Shown: positions 18,488 through 27,899, numbered from the stretch's first letter. The stretch: 64,000 nt of DNA from a virus (IMGVR_UViG_3300027963_000056:29912-93911), one strand, 5' to 3'. Made by a program: numbers and translations. The notes: generated by a model not told the origin, from the letters alone.

Positions 18488-18488
18488 C

Positions 18489-18517
18489 TTGACTGAATAT
18501 TCCTAATCTTGTATAAT
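18489..18517 (+). promoter_or_regulatory. sigma70-type promoter
   Basis: TTGACT-N17-TATAAT. Confidence 0.8.
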
Positions 18518-18523
18518 AGTGAT

Positions 18524-18976
18524 ATGCTTAAAAAACTCTTTGAATCATGGGGTCGGTACCGTATTATCATGGACCGGGTAGACAATCAACCTTACCTGGA
18601 ACGCTACTACGTGTTTCTCCGGGATCGTGAACGATTTCCGTTCAACATCTTTGTACACAAGTTTTTGAAAAGTGATACCGAAGATGTGCATGATCATCCT
18701 TGGCCGTTCCTGACTGTGATTCTCAAAGGTGGCTACTGGGAGTGGCGGCCACAGTTTGACAGCCAAGGTCAAAAGGTCGGAGAGATTGCCAAGTGGTGTG
18801 GACCGGGAAGCATGCGTTGGGCCCGTGCCAGTCAGTATCATAGAGTAGAACTAGACCCAGACGTCACATGTTGGACACTATTCTGTCCCGGACCAAAACA
18901 ACGTGACTGGGGATTCCTGGTTCGCAATCAATGGATCCAGTGGGAACAATATTTGAAACAAAGGAAGTCAGTATGA
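18524..18976 (+). CDS. Cupin-like phage protein
   Basis: YLERYY, HDHPW..TVILKGGYWE, YHRVEL, WTLF, WGF. Confidence 0.75.
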   Translation: MLKKLFESWGRYRIIMDRVDNQPYLERYYVFLRDRERFPFNIFVHKFLKSDTEDVHDHPWPFLTVILKGGYWEWRPQFDSQGQKVGEIAKWCGPGSMRWARASQYHRVELDPDVTCWTLFCPGPKQRDWGFLVRNQWIQWEQYLKQRKSV

Positions 18977-19269
18977 ATTGGTTAAAACGTTGGTTGGCTC
19001 GAGCAGTGGTAGAAGGGCATGAAGATTCAGATCGTCAAGACCGTGTGTACGCAACTGCTGTATCCAAGTTGTCTGTCGGGCGAGACGTTGAAAGCGATGA
19101 TGGACTCAATATCACAGTACGCAAAGCCATTGGTGGCCGGATTGTGACGTTCAGGCATTATGATGTCAAAACTGACCGTCATAATCACCGGCTGTATGTT
19201 GTCCCAGAAGACTTGGATTTTGAGAGAGAGTTAGGCAAAATGATCACCCTAGAATCCATGAGAGGCTGA
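18973..19269 (+). CDS. Hypothetical protein
   Basis: ATGA-coupled ORF. Confidence 0.75.
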   Translation: MNWLKRWLARAVVEGHEDSDRQDRVYATAVSKLSVGRDVESDDGLNITVRKAIGGRIVTFRHYDVKTDRHNHRLYVVPEDLDFERELGKMITLESMRG

Positions 19270-19282
19270 AAGTAAATACACT

Positions 19283-19651
19283 ATGGAACTACTAAATTTT
19301 ATACTTGATCTTGTGTTTTGGGGCATTGTGTCCTGGTTTGTGTTTACCTGGCTAGTGAGTCGTTATTTGGAACAACGCCAAATTGGCCAAGTGGTTAGAG
19401 ATCTTGACCAGGAGCAGTTGATTCCACTCACAGTAGAGGTTGACCAAGATCAATATTTTTGCTATAATAGTATTACCAAAGCATTTGTGTGCCAAGGATA
19501 CAATTTGAAGGAAATTGTAGAACGTTTTCGACAACTGTATCCGGACAAGTCTGCCGCCATCTATGATGGTGATGAGACTGCGGTGCGTATCCTTAAAAGT
19601 CAATTGAAAGAACTCGGTGAAAATTTCTCTAGTGTCAGACGTACATCTTGA
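19283..19651 (+). CDS. Hypothetical protein with N-terminal TM anchor
   Basis: Hydrophobic N-terminus; FVCQG motif; TAAATA upstream. Confidence 0.75.
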   Translation: MELLNFILDLVFWGIVSWFVFTWLVSRYLEQRQIGQVVRDLDQEQLIPLTVEVDQDQYFCYNSITKAFVCQGYNLKEIVERFRQLYPDKSAAIYDGDETAVRILKSQLKELGENFSSVRRTS

Positions 19652-20471
19652 ATTTGGAGACCTTGATTTTGAAAATGATCAAGGTGCTGAAGTCTTGATC
19701 TTGAGCGGCGATATCTGTGTTGCTCATGATATCACACAACGTGACCCTTACGGCGTGATGGGTCCAGAATATCGTAGCAATCGATTCCATGACTTCTTTC
19801 AACGCTGTCATGATCGGTTTCCACACGTGATCTATATTGTGGGCAATCATGAATACTACAATGGCGACTTTGCCACCGCTTTTGCACACCTAAAGGACGT
19901 GCTGGGCTACTTGCCTAATCTGCATGTGCTGGAAAAAGAATCTATCATGATCGATGATGTTACATTCTTGTGTGGTACGCTGTGGACTGACATGAATCGC
20001 GAAGACCCACATACCTTGTGGGAAATTCGACGCTACATGAATGATTTTAGAATCATCAAGGACAGTCGCCATCCTGTGCATTACAAGGACTCGGAAGGTC
20101 ACCGTCACACACGTGATGGCAAATTCAGCCCCGAGGCAACTGTGGAAGAACACCGGGCCATGTTGAAATTTGTTGAAGAGTCCGTTGACGCCAACCCCAC
20201 AGGTAAGTATGTGGTAGTTGGGCATCATGCACCCAGCCGGGCGTCAACTCACCCACAGTATGCAGATCAAACCATGGTGAATGGTGCTTACAGTTCAGAT
20301 CTGGATCAGTTTATTCTTGATCGTCCACAAATCAAATTGTGGACGCATGGACACACTCATCATGAGTTTGACTACATGATTGGCTCATGCCGTGTGATGT
20401 GCAACCCACGTGGCTATGATGGCTATGAACAACAGGCGGAACAATGGAAACTCAAAACAGTAGATATCTAA
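19617..20471 (+). CDS. Calcineurin-like metallophosphoesterase
   Basis: SDVHLE, LSGDI, GNHEYY, HHAPS, HGHTH, NPRGY. Confidence 0.93.
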   Translation: MKISLVSDVHLEFGDLDFENDQGAEVLILSGDICVAHDITQRDPYGVMGPEYRSNRFHDFFQRCHDRFPHVIYIVGNHEYYNGDFATAFAHLKDVLGYLPNLHVLEKESIMIDDVTFLCGTLWTDMNREDPHTLWEIRRYMNDFRIIKDSRHPVHYKDSEGHRHTRDGKFSPEATVEEHRAMLKFVEESVDANPTGKYVVVGHHAPSRASTHPQYADQTMVNGAYSSDLDQFILDRPQIKLWTHGHTHHEFDYMIGSCRVMCNPRGYDGYEQQAEQWKLKTVDI

Positions 20472-20650
20472 ATTGGTTCCGGTACAGTGGGATCAGTGTT
20501 ATTGTTACACTGAACCCACTGCATTGGCGCTTGATACCTGGTGCTAGACGTGAGCCCAACGATGGTTGGCCCAGTCCCAATGAACGCACCTGGAGTGTGG
20601 GTTGGTTGTTCTTGACCATACGTGGTTGGGTTGACAATGGTGATTGGTAA
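20444..20650 (+). CDS. Small Trp-rich hypothetical protein
   Basis: Tiles between neighbouring genes. Confidence 0.6.
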   Translation: METQNSRYLNWFRYSGISVIVTLNPLHWRLIPGARREPNDGWPSPNERTWSVGWLFLTIRGWVDNGDW

Positions 20651-20802
20651 TGCGAGAGCATGCAGAGTGGATTGTACTTGCTGTGCTGATTGCGTTGGCT
20701 GTGATCAACAACTCGGTAATGGGGGAAGACAGTGAACGTACGGCACTGGATCGGGTACGCAACTCAAGTGGATACTTAATACGATATGAACCAACAGACT
20801 AA
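20650..20802 (+). CDS. Small membrane protein (50 aa, not in ORF track)
   Basis: Hand translation MREHAEWIVLAVLIALAVINN...; TAATG coupling. Confidence 0.5.
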   Translation: MREHAEWIVLAVLIALAVINNSVMGEDSERTALDRVRNSSGYLIRYEPTD

Positions 20803-21055
20803 ACAACTAGCAGAACAGGCAGGCTTTGTACTGGATGAATTACCAGACTCAGTACTACAACCATTAGAAACATTTGCTGATCTATTGCGAGCCGCAAACA
20901 CTCGTGAAGTGATTGCATTGTGTGCCAACACAATTAACAATAATCTCAATGAGCAAAAGCAAAAAACAAAACATCGTTGGGACATTGTGGAAGCCGTTGT
21001 GATCGTCACAGCATTGGCTGTCTGGGTCACCTGGTGGTACACTCAATATCATTGA
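20786..21055 (+). CDS. Hypothetical protein with C-terminal TM
   Basis: KQLAEQAGF...LETFADL pattern. Confidence 0.7.
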   Translation: MNQQTKQLAEQAGFVLDELPDSVLQPLETFADLLRAANTREVIALCANTINNNLNEQKQKTKHRWDIVEAVVIVTALAVWVTWWYTQYH

Positions 21056-21067
21056 TAAAGGATAAAC

Positions 21068-21781
21068 ATGAAAATATATATTGGTAAACCGCGTGATCAC
21101 TGGATCTCACCTTACACAATCATGGATTATGTGTTCTGGTGGACCGACTGGTCCAAGTGTAGTCGTGACCGGCGTATTCGCAGTCTTGAAGAAGAAAGCA
21201 CGTATGTTGAGCATCCGGCCTGGGTAGAACGCTGGAGTGATCGTCTTGAACCCATTAGTCGTGCGATCCAATGGATCTTGGATCGTGTGCATCCGGCCAT
21301 CAATTACGTAAAAATTGACTACTGGGACACCTGGAGCATGGACCATACCTTGAGTCCCATCATCCTGCCCATGTTAAAGCAGTTAAAAGCAACTCAGCAC
21401 GGTGCAGGATTTGTGGACGATGAAGATGTGCCCGAAGAACTAAAAAGTACCAGCGCACCTGCCAAAGAGAACGAATGGGATACCGATGCCAATCACTTTG
21501 CTCGTTGGGAATATGTACTGGACGAAATGATATTTGCGTTTGAGTGCAAAACAGATGACTCCTGGGAAGATGCGTTCCGTGAGGGCGAGATTGACATATT
21601 GTGGGTGCCTGTGGACCGGGATGGTAATGAAGTGCCCCGAGGTGAACACAAGCACTATCAAATGAAAGACGGTCCCAACAACACACACAAGTGTGATTAC
21701 GAAGGTATGAAAGTGGTTGAAGCACGTATACAAAACGGCTTTCGCTTGTTTGGCAAATACTACCAAAACCTTTGGGATTGA
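21068..21781 (+). CDS. Hypothetical phage protein
   Basis: DTWSMDHTL..IILPML, WEYVLDEMIFAF, GFRLFGKYYQNLWD. Confidence 0.85.
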   Translation: MKIYIGKPRDHWISPYTIMDYVFWWTDWSKCSRDRRIRSLEEESTYVEHPAWVERWSDRLEPISRAIQWILDRVHPAINYVKIDYWDTWSMDHTLSPIILPMLKQLKATQHGAGFVDDEDVPEELKSTSAPAKENEWDTDANHFARWEYVLDEMIFAFECKTDDSWEDAFREGEIDILWVPVDRDGNEVPRGEHKHYQMKDGPNNTHKCDYEGMKVVEARIQNGFRLFGKYYQNLWD

Positions 21782-21782
21782 G

Positions 21783-22037
21783 ATGACATTCAAACACATG
21801 ATCAGAGACATGATGACCTATGCTGAAAATTTGGGTGTAGAATTCACTCCCAACTCCGTCCCCCGAAGCGATTATGAGCAGTGGCGGAAACAATACACCT
21901 GGGACGCTCTGCATGATCTACGCTATGGTCAAAGTTTCTGCAACTACTTTGGCATCACAGATCACAGACTCTTCTTTGAGCGAAACTGGTTGGTGTGCGA
22001 CACAGTGATTCAGCGAGAGTGGCTTGCAAGATCCTAA
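21783..22037 (+). CDS. Hypothetical protein
   Basis: LRYGQSFCNYF motif; tiles with neighbours. Confidence 0.7.
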   Translation: MTFKHMIRDMMTYAENLGVEFTPNSVPRSDYEQWRKQYTWDALHDLRYGQSFCNYFGITDHRLFFERNWLVCDTVIQREWLARS

Positions 22038-22266
22038 CTTTCCACACGGTGCTCAAATATCATGGGGCAGAGAGTATGACACAATCACAGCCTGGGACAC
22101 AATTGCCACCTGGGGTGTAGAGTTTTTTGGCCTGCCCGGCGATCGTTATGTCACCGACATTCACATCAACGATATGACCTGGTGGTTTCGATCCGAACAT
22201 GACAGGTTGCTGTTTGTTTTACGCAACGGCCTGGCTCGATGCATACAGTTAGAGTCCACAACATAG
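22024..22266 (+). CDS. Small protein, aromatic C-terminal-motif family
   Basis: W..EFFGLPGDRY...WWFRSEHDRLLFVL; TTG start. Confidence 0.7.
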   Translation: MQDPNFPHGAQISWGREYDTITAWDTIATWGVEFFGLPGDRYVTDIHINDMTWWFRSEHDRLLFVLRNGLARCIQLESTT

Positions 22267-22457
22267 AAGTTTTTGATGCAATTGACCTAAAGAATCAATT
22301 GCTCCAGGCGGGCCTGGCAATAGAGCAAGACTTTGAATGGGCCTGGATCACTGCTGAATACAACAACGTAGAAGGATGGACACGGCAGAAACATGCAGAA
22401 TTTCGATTCCATGATCCAGCCGTGGCCACGTTTTATCAGTTGAAATGGGCACGATAA
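22239..22457 (+). CDS. Small protein, aromatic C-terminal-motif family
   Basis: FRFHDPAVATFYQLKW. Confidence 0.7.
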   Translation: MHTVRVHNIEVFDAIDLKNQLLQAGLAIEQDFEWAWITAEYNNVEGWTRQKHAEFRFHDPAVATFYQLKWAR

Positions 22458-22463
22458 TAAGTA

Positions 22464-22709
22464 TTGTTGATGAAGCGCACTCATGAACCCCTGTTTGAAA
22501 TTCGTCTTGGCGATAGTTTTAACTATGCCCGAGAAATCAACAAACCTTTTGGTGCGCTGGACCGGGTACTGGCCTGGTGCAAAACTGAACTAACAGGTGA
22601 ATGGCGTTGGCAACTGGTAGACGTCAGCACAGACCAACGACCAGGTCGTTACATTTTCTATTTTGATGATGAGCGTGATTACTTTGCTTTCACGTTGTAT
22701 TGGCAGTAG
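22464..22709 (+). CDS. Small protein, aromatic C-terminal-motif family
   Basis: WCK...W.W...FYFDDERDYFAFTLYW. Confidence 0.75.
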   Translation: MLMKRTHEPLFEIRLGDSFNYAREINKPFGALDRVLAWCKTELTGEWRWQLVDVSTDQRPGRYIFYFDDERDYFAFTLYWQ

Positions 22710-22752
22710 TACTTAGGTAGTACTTGACAAATAATCCCAAACCTTGTATAAT
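22706..22752 (+). promoter_or_regulatory. Degenerate palindrome abutting a sigma70 promoter
   Basis: GTAGTACT-TA-GGTAGTAC then TTGACA(22724)-N17-TATAAT. Confidence 0.8.
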
Positions 22753-22782
22753 CAACACATAGCAACTTTAATAGGTGTCAAT

Positions 22783-23019
22783 GTGAGCATAGAAATAAAA
22801 AATCTAACCGCCGAGCAGGTAGAAATGCTAGATATCATGTGGAGTTTTGATTCCGCAGAAGAATATCTAAACTGGTACCACCTGCTGGACGCTGAGGATC
22901 AAGACATGGCCGATGTACTGCAACGCATGATCATTCTTGAGACCATGGATGAGATGCTGGAAGAAGTTAGCGATAACTACGCTGATATCAAATCTTACTT
23001 GAAAAAGTTCATGCTATGA
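22783..23019 (+). CDS. Hypothetical acidic protein
   Basis: GTG start downstream of promoter; LT.EQVEMLDIMWS. Confidence 0.7.
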   Translation: MSIEIKNLTAEQVEMLDIMWSFDSAEEYLNWYHLLDAEDQDMADVLQRMIILETMDEMLEEVSDNYADIKSYLKKFML

Positions 23020-23348
23020 ACCATCACTTTGTTGTGATGTGGGACAACACTGGCCTAGAGTATATAGGCGATATCACTGCTGACGAAGTAAACCGTAGTT
23101 GGTCGGCACTACAAGGTCGACCCGTTGGTAGTGCCTTGCCCAACCTCAATCACATGATACTCCGTGCTAGATACAACCCACAGCGTCACTATGAGATTTA
23201 TCAGATTGAAGCCACAGATGGCATCACTGCCGACGACATACGAGACATGTTTGCGGCCAGTCCCCAAACAGCCGCGGACACAATCCGCAGACTTGGTCAC
23301 TGTTACTTTAGTGACCGAGTGCAAGAAGACCGCGTGGTAATACGTTAA
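23016..23348 (+). CDS. Hypothetical phage protein
   Basis: MWD..GLE...LRARYNPQRHYEIY. Confidence 0.8.
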   Translation: MNHHFVVMWDNTGLEYIGDITADEVNRSWSALQGRPVGSALPNLNHMILRARYNPQRHYEIYQIEATDGITADDIRDMFAASPQTAADTIRRLGHCYFSDRVQEDRVVIR

Positions 23349-23351
23349 AAT

Positions 23352-23996
23352 ATGGCAACTCTACAACAAGTTTGTGACTACAACAGAACCCGGGTCAATT
23401 GGATCAAGATGTATTCAATGATTGATACTCTTGGTACAACTATGAACAGTCAAAAGGATCGTTTTGACAAAAGTGATCTCATTGAAATGGGACTGGAAGT
23501 CTACAGTAACAGCGACATTAAATATATAAACCAGCCCGGCATAGATCACGAACTGGTAAACCTATTAGATGCTCAAGGCGTGCCAGTTACACAAGAAATG
23601 AAGTTTGTTAGTACACTTTTTTACAAAGATATTGTCATTGAACGTGCTAACCGGCGGCGAGGAATCAAAGGCACAAAAGAATTGCAACGATCAAATCAAC
23701 CTGTTACAATAAAGTTGGTTAACTCAATGGGATCAAACACTCATACAAAGTTGCCTGCAACATACGCAAAATTTTTATTAGTAGCAGATAACAATAGTGC
23801 TCATGTGATTGAGATTGCTACACTATTGCCGTATTTGGTATTTGGTGGTGATGGAATTACAGCCGTTGATGTTCCATCAAACTTGTTTACCCAAGTGATT
23901 GGCCCAGATGATATTACTGCCAGACAGCCCTTAGCAAACTTCAACTACAAAACTGAAAAGTTGATATTTCAACGTGATTTTTTAAACAGGTTTTAA
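23352..23996 (+). CDS. Putative PD-(D/E)xK restriction endonuclease
   Basis: LIE helix...GID...QEMK pattern; immediately upstream of a DNA MTase; AT-richer. Confidence 0.55.
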   Translation: MATLQQVCDYNRTRVNWIKMYSMIDTLGTTMNSQKDRFDKSDLIEMGLEVYSNSDIKYINQPGIDHELVNLLDAQGVPVTQEMKFVSTLFYKDIVIERANRRRGIKGTKELQRSNQPVTIKLVNSMGSNTHTKLPATYAKFLLVADNNSAHVIEIATLLPYLVFGGDGITAVDVPSNLFTQVIGPDDITARQPLANFNYKTEKLIFQRDFLNRF

Positions 23997-23997
23997 T

Positions 23998-24873
23998 ATG
24001 ACATACCAAGTTTACAACCAATCTTGTATAGAAGGCATGCGTGAGCATGTGGCCAATGACAGCATTGACTTGATCTTTACCGATCCGCCTTATGGCATCA
24101 AAGGTGATGAATTGGATGTGCATTACCACAGAGACGAATCAAAGGTAGTGCCAGGCTACGTTGATGTGCCACTCAGCGAGTATGCCAAATTCAGTCTGGA
24201 CTGGATTCGAGAATGTGAGCGTGTGCTACGTCCAGGTGGCAGTATGTACATTGTGAGTGGCTATACCAATCTGCATCATATTCTCAATGCGCTACATGCC
24301 ACTGGCCTGGAAGAGATCAATCACATCATTGCCAAGTACAGTTTTGGCGTCAGTACCAAGAACAAATTTGTGAGCAGTCACTACCATGTGCTATTTTGGA
24401 CCAAACCAGATCGAGGTAGCAAGAAACGCACTTTCAATTCCAACTACAAGTACACGGATCAAAAAGACAGTTATCACGATAGGTTGAGTGTGCAAGACAT
24501 GCCCAGAGACTACAAACCCGGACAAGTCAAAAACAAAAATCAATTGAGTGAAGACTTTATTGAAAAGTTTATCATGTACTCTAGTAACCGAGGTGACACT
24601 GTGTTAGATTGCTTTGGTGGTGGATTGACCACAGGCAGAACAGCACTACGCTGGGGTCGTAAGTTTGTGGGGTTTGAACTCAACACTCATGCCTATGATG
24701 CATTTGTGCCCACGTTAGATACAGTAGAAGAGTTACCGGATCCTGTGCCCAGTACACCTGATGCTGTTGAACTAGCCAAGCGTCAAAAACTACGAGATGG
24801 TTGGAAACGGGATCGGCTGGCAAAAAAAGCAAACAAAAGTACTACTCAGCCAGTGGTTGACCAAATTCAATAA
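23998..24873 (+). CDS. N6-adenine/N4-cytosine DNA methyltransferase, beta class
   Basis: IDLIFTDPPY (motif IV) precedes VLDCFGGGLTTG (motif I) and FVGFE. Confidence 0.93.
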   Translation: MTYQVYNQSCIEGMREHVANDSIDLIFTDPPYGIKGDELDVHYHRDESKVVPGYVDVPLSEYAKFSLDWIRECERVLRPGGSMYIVSGYTNLHHILNALHATGLEEINHIIAKYSFGVSTKNKFVSSHYHVLFWTKPDRGSKKRTFNSNYKYTDQKDSYHDRLSVQDMPRDYKPGQVKNKNQLSEDFIEKFIMYSSNRGDTVLDCFGGGLTTGRTALRWGRKFVGFELNTHAYDAFVPTLDTVEELPDPVPSTPDAVELAKRQKLRDGWKRDRLAKKANKSTTQPVVDQIQ

Positions 24874-24885
24874 ATCTGATATAAT
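24857..24885 (+). promoter_or_regulatory. sigma70-type promoter
   Basis: TTGACC-N17-TATAAT; AGTACTAC half-site at 24838. Confidence 0.82.
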
Positions 24886-24913
24886 ATACACATATTAACT
24901 ACTGGAGCCTTTG

Positions 24914-26047
24914 ATGATTCCTGCATACGAAGATGTTGTGCGTAAGCCAAACGTCATGAAAAACAGAAACCCGCTTAAACAAAAAACCAGTCGGATTGTG
25001 GCGTTGGCAGATCGTGTGGCACAACTGCAAACATACAAAGGTTGGCAACGATTGATTGCTGAATATCAAAAACAAGGCATTCAAATTGATCCTAAATTAC
25101 GACCATTGATCAAGATGGTCAAGTTGAAATTGTTGTTCATCGACGAAGACATTCAACGAGCACTAGATGCCAAACATTGTACCAGCATCGCAGGTATTGG
25201 TAATTTCAACCCAATGTACCTGCAGGTGTTTTATTGTGTTAAAATACCGGGCAAAGAAGAATACCATTCAGTTGATGCCCAACATACTGCCACACTAGTT
25301 GCGGCCTTGATTGATGCTGGGGTGTTTACCGACGAAACAGATTGGCGTGAAGTAGAAATGCCTGTGCTGTATATGGAAACCAATAGCAAGGCATTTGCTC
25401 GTAAAGCATTTGCACTTATCAACGGCAAAGGCAAAAAGAAAATTAGTGCGTGGTACGAACATCGAACCAAAGTGATGAGTGCTCGAATTGATCAAAGCAA
25501 TGACGACGACGACCAAGAAGCATTAACCAAGCAAGAAATTTGCGAAAAATACGATTGCTACCCAGTAGACAAAGAAAGTGATTTTATAGGTTTGCCCGGT
25601 ACGTTTACTCATATGCAAGCACTGAGTCTTGACAATGAAATTTTGGAAATGGCCTGTAAATTTCACAGCGACTATTTCCACTATGATGAGATCAATGGTT
25701 CACTGTGGTTTATGATGGAAGATTTGTTCAAGGCATTCAGGGCTGCCAAGATCAAAATCACAGACAAGTTCCTGGGCGAACTTGCTGGAATTCTGCAAGG
25801 CTACTTTGCAGGACTTGCAGGCTTTCACGAGGCTGTACATCATGCACATCGCCAATGGGGCGAGCATACATATGGCTATGAAGTATCTTGGCAAGATGAG
25901 GCCATTGCGGCCGTTTTAGTACTACTTTATCAACGACTGGGTGGTACCCAACGCATTCCAAAACCCTTGTTGGATCGATTTGAAAAGATACTTGACTTTG
26001 TGGCAGATGACATCAAAGCACTCTACGAAGAAGTTGAAACAGCATGA
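24914..26047 (+). CDS. ParB/Srx-like (DGQH-type) domain protein
   Basis: IDEDIQRAL...SVDAQHT...AFALING, matching the QR...DGQH...F..IN pattern. Confidence 0.6.
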   Translation: MIPAYEDVVRKPNVMKNRNPLKQKTSRIVALADRVAQLQTYKGWQRLIAEYQKQGIQIDPKLRPLIKMVKLKLLFIDEDIQRALDAKHCTSIAGIGNFNPMYLQVFYCVKIPGKEEYHSVDAQHTATLVAALIDAGVFTDETDWREVEMPVLYMETNSKAFARKAFALINGKGKKKISAWYEHRTKVMSARIDQSNDDDDQEALTKQEICEKYDCYPVDKESDFIGLPGTFTHMQALSLDNEILEMACKFHSDYFHYDEINGSLWFMMEDLFKAFRAAKIKITDKFLGELAGILQGYFAGLAGFHEAVHHAHRQWGEHTYGYEVSWQDEAIAAVLVLLYQRLGGTQRIPKPLLDRFEKILDFVADDIKALYEEVETA

Positions 26048-26355
26048 GTTACTTCTACATCCTTCCCGGGCCATTCCGAACAGGATTTGGCATTACTGGT
26101 GACCACGAACGTCGAGAAAAAGACTACACCGGTGCCTGGGGAGGTGTAGCACGTTTTTCATACCTGTTTGAAGGCACTAGTACACACATCAAGCGATTAG
26201 AAAACATCATCAAAATTCAAAATAGAGACATGCTGTGGAAAGTAGATGAGTGGGAAACCGAGTGGCTGGACAATGACTGGACTCCTGAACAGTTACTGGG
26301 ATTCGTGCAAGAACTAGTAGCAGAACGCCACCTAAAAGTAGTACAAATAAGGTAA
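26044..26355 (+). CDS. Small GIY-YIG-like protein
   Basis: YFYI...GFGIT.D.ERR..DY...LE..I...EW. Confidence 0.55.
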   Translation: MSYFYILPGPFRTGFGITGDHERREKDYTGAWGGVARFSYLFEGTSTHIKRLENIIKIQNRDMLWKVDEWETEWLDNDWTPEQLLGFVQELVAERHLKVVQIR

Positions 26356-26435
26356 TACTCAAGTACTACCGAAACCCTACAGCAATGTGGGGTTTTCTTT
26401 TGGTTGACTGAATATTCCCTTTTTGCTATAATACT
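26352..26435 (+). repeat. Regulatory cassette copy 2: palindrome + terminator hairpin + sigma70 promoter
   Basis: Matches 12542..12625; TTGACT(26404)-N17-TATAAT(26427). Confidence 0.88.
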
Positions 26436-26462
26436 TGTATAGAAACTAAAAAGGGGTTCAAA

Positions 26463-26933
26463 ATGGGAACACGTAGTCGCATCGCAGTCATGCACGGTCC
26501 AGTTGCCAAGTCAGTTTACTGCCATTGGGACGGCTACCTAGAGCACAATGGTGCCATCCTGTTGGAGCACTATGACTCCTCCAAAGCCAATCAACTGGTT
26601 GCCCTGGGCGACATGAGTAGTCTGCGTCCTGAGATTGGAGTAAAGCATCCTTTCTCTTGTTTAGATGCTGATGCTGGTAGCGACTATGAAGAACGTTATG
26701 GCAACATGTGTACCTTTTACGATCGTGATCGCGGCGAAACAGAATGCACTTGGTCAGTAGATCACACGTTTGAAGATTTCCTGAACCGTGCCAAAGGTTG
26801 CGGTGCTGAGTTTTACTATGTGATGAAAGATGGTGTATGGTATGTGGGTGACACTTATGATTCTACTGAATTAAGTAATAAGTTAACACCACTTGCGGAA
26901 GCCATGCAAGCCGTGGAAACGGTTGACCAATAA
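26463..26933 (+). CDS. Phage early protein (YCHWDGY family)
   Basis: MGTRSRI...SVYCHWDGY...GDMSSL...EFYY..DG.W. Confidence 0.85.
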   Translation: MGTRSRIAVMHGPVAKSVYCHWDGYLEHNGAILLEHYDSSKANQLVALGDMSSLRPEIGVKHPFSCLDADAGSDYEERYGNMCTFYDRDRGETECTWSVDHTFEDFLNRAKGCGAEFYYVMKDGVWYVGDTYDSTELSNKLTPLAEAMQAVETVDQ

Positions 26934-26951
26934 TCGCCGAACTGCTATAAT
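26923..26951 (+). promoter_or_regulatory. sigma70-type promoter
   Basis: TTGACC-N17-TATAAT; ATACACATATTAA shared with the 24857 promoter. Confidence 0.85.
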
Positions 26952-26981
26952 ATACACATATTAAGACAACTAGGAGCCCGT

Positions 26982-27761
26982 ATGCCAGGATTTGTAGACG
27001 TATCAAACATGACAGCCCGTGAAATTCGCATGATGGATCATGCGGCTGACGCCGATGAAACCGATCAGCCACGTCAAACTTGGAAACCCAAGGCCAAGCC
27101 CGCAGGTATTACTTACTCTGTAGACAATGTGTGGGGTGCGGCAGTGGCGGCACAACGTATCAATGGCTCTTACGTTAAAGAGACCATGTACAAGGTTGAT
27201 CCAGAAACGTCCAGCAATACTGTGGTAGACAAACGTCGCAACCGCGACATCATGCTTGACATCTTGGCCAACCCTGCTGTGCTCACCGTGGAAGATATTG
27301 CACAGGGTCAGGAGTGCCGCAAGTTCCTGCAAAACGACATTACCTTCCGTGCCCTCAAAGGCCGGCTGACAGACTTTGACTCTTCAACCAGCAAGGTCAT
27401 TGCTGTGGAAGATGAATTTGATACTGTAAAGCACAAGTTGGAACTGGCTGTGGTTGCATGTCTGCCTGCAAGTCATGCTCGCAGTTTGGAGCGTGAGGCT
27501 GTGCAGGAACGTGTGCGCCAAACATCAGGAGCCTTGATCGGCACCTCTGGTATCAAAGTTCAACTGGCAGTTGAGATTGTGAAATCCAACTACAGTCAGC
27601 AATGGAACACCTGGTACGCCACTGGCGTTACCGCAGACAATTCTGCTGTGTTTTTTGCATACCGCCAAGAACTGGCTAAAGGTGCAAAGTACACTATCGT
27701 AGGAACCGTCAAGGCTCACAGAGACGGCTCCACCCAACTCAACCGTGTGAGCATTATCTAA
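26982..27761 (+). CDS. Hypothetical protein with C-terminal OB-fold-like domain
   Basis: Ends I.GTVKAH....TQLNRV; AGGAG RBS. Confidence 0.75.
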   Translation: MPGFVDVSNMTAREIRMMDHAADADETDQPRQTWKPKAKPAGITYSVDNVWGAAVAAQRINGSYVKETMYKVDPETSSNTVVDKRRNRDIMLDILANPAVLTVEDIAQGQECRKFLQNDITFRALKGRLTDFDSSTSKVIAVEDEFDTVKHKLELAVVACLPASHARSLEREAVQERVRQTSGALIGTSGIKVQLAVEIVKSNYSQQWNTWYATGVTADNSAVFFAYRQELAKGAKYTIVGTVKAHRDGSTQLNRVSII

Positions 27762-27770
27762 GGACATGTC

Positions 27771-27899
27771 ATGAGCAAACTCATAATTGGATTCATTTTA
27801 GGCTTGGTGGTCAGTGCCGTTGGATTTTCGGGCATTGCTCGAATGTTTGACAAAGGCGTACAGACCATCCAAACTCAGAGCAAGGAACTGGCCCAGTAA
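27771..27899 (+). CDS. Small membrane protein (42 aa, not in ORF track)
   Basis: MSKLIIGFILGLVVSAVGFSGIARMFDKGVQTIQTQSKELAQ; AAGGA RBS. Confidence 0.65.
   Translation: MSKLIIGFILGLVVSAVGFSGIARMFDKGVQTIQTQSKELAQ

Noticed and set aside
4308-26369. CRISPR array from the palindromic repeats
   Set aside because: Copies are kilobases apart with no regular spacers and no cas genes
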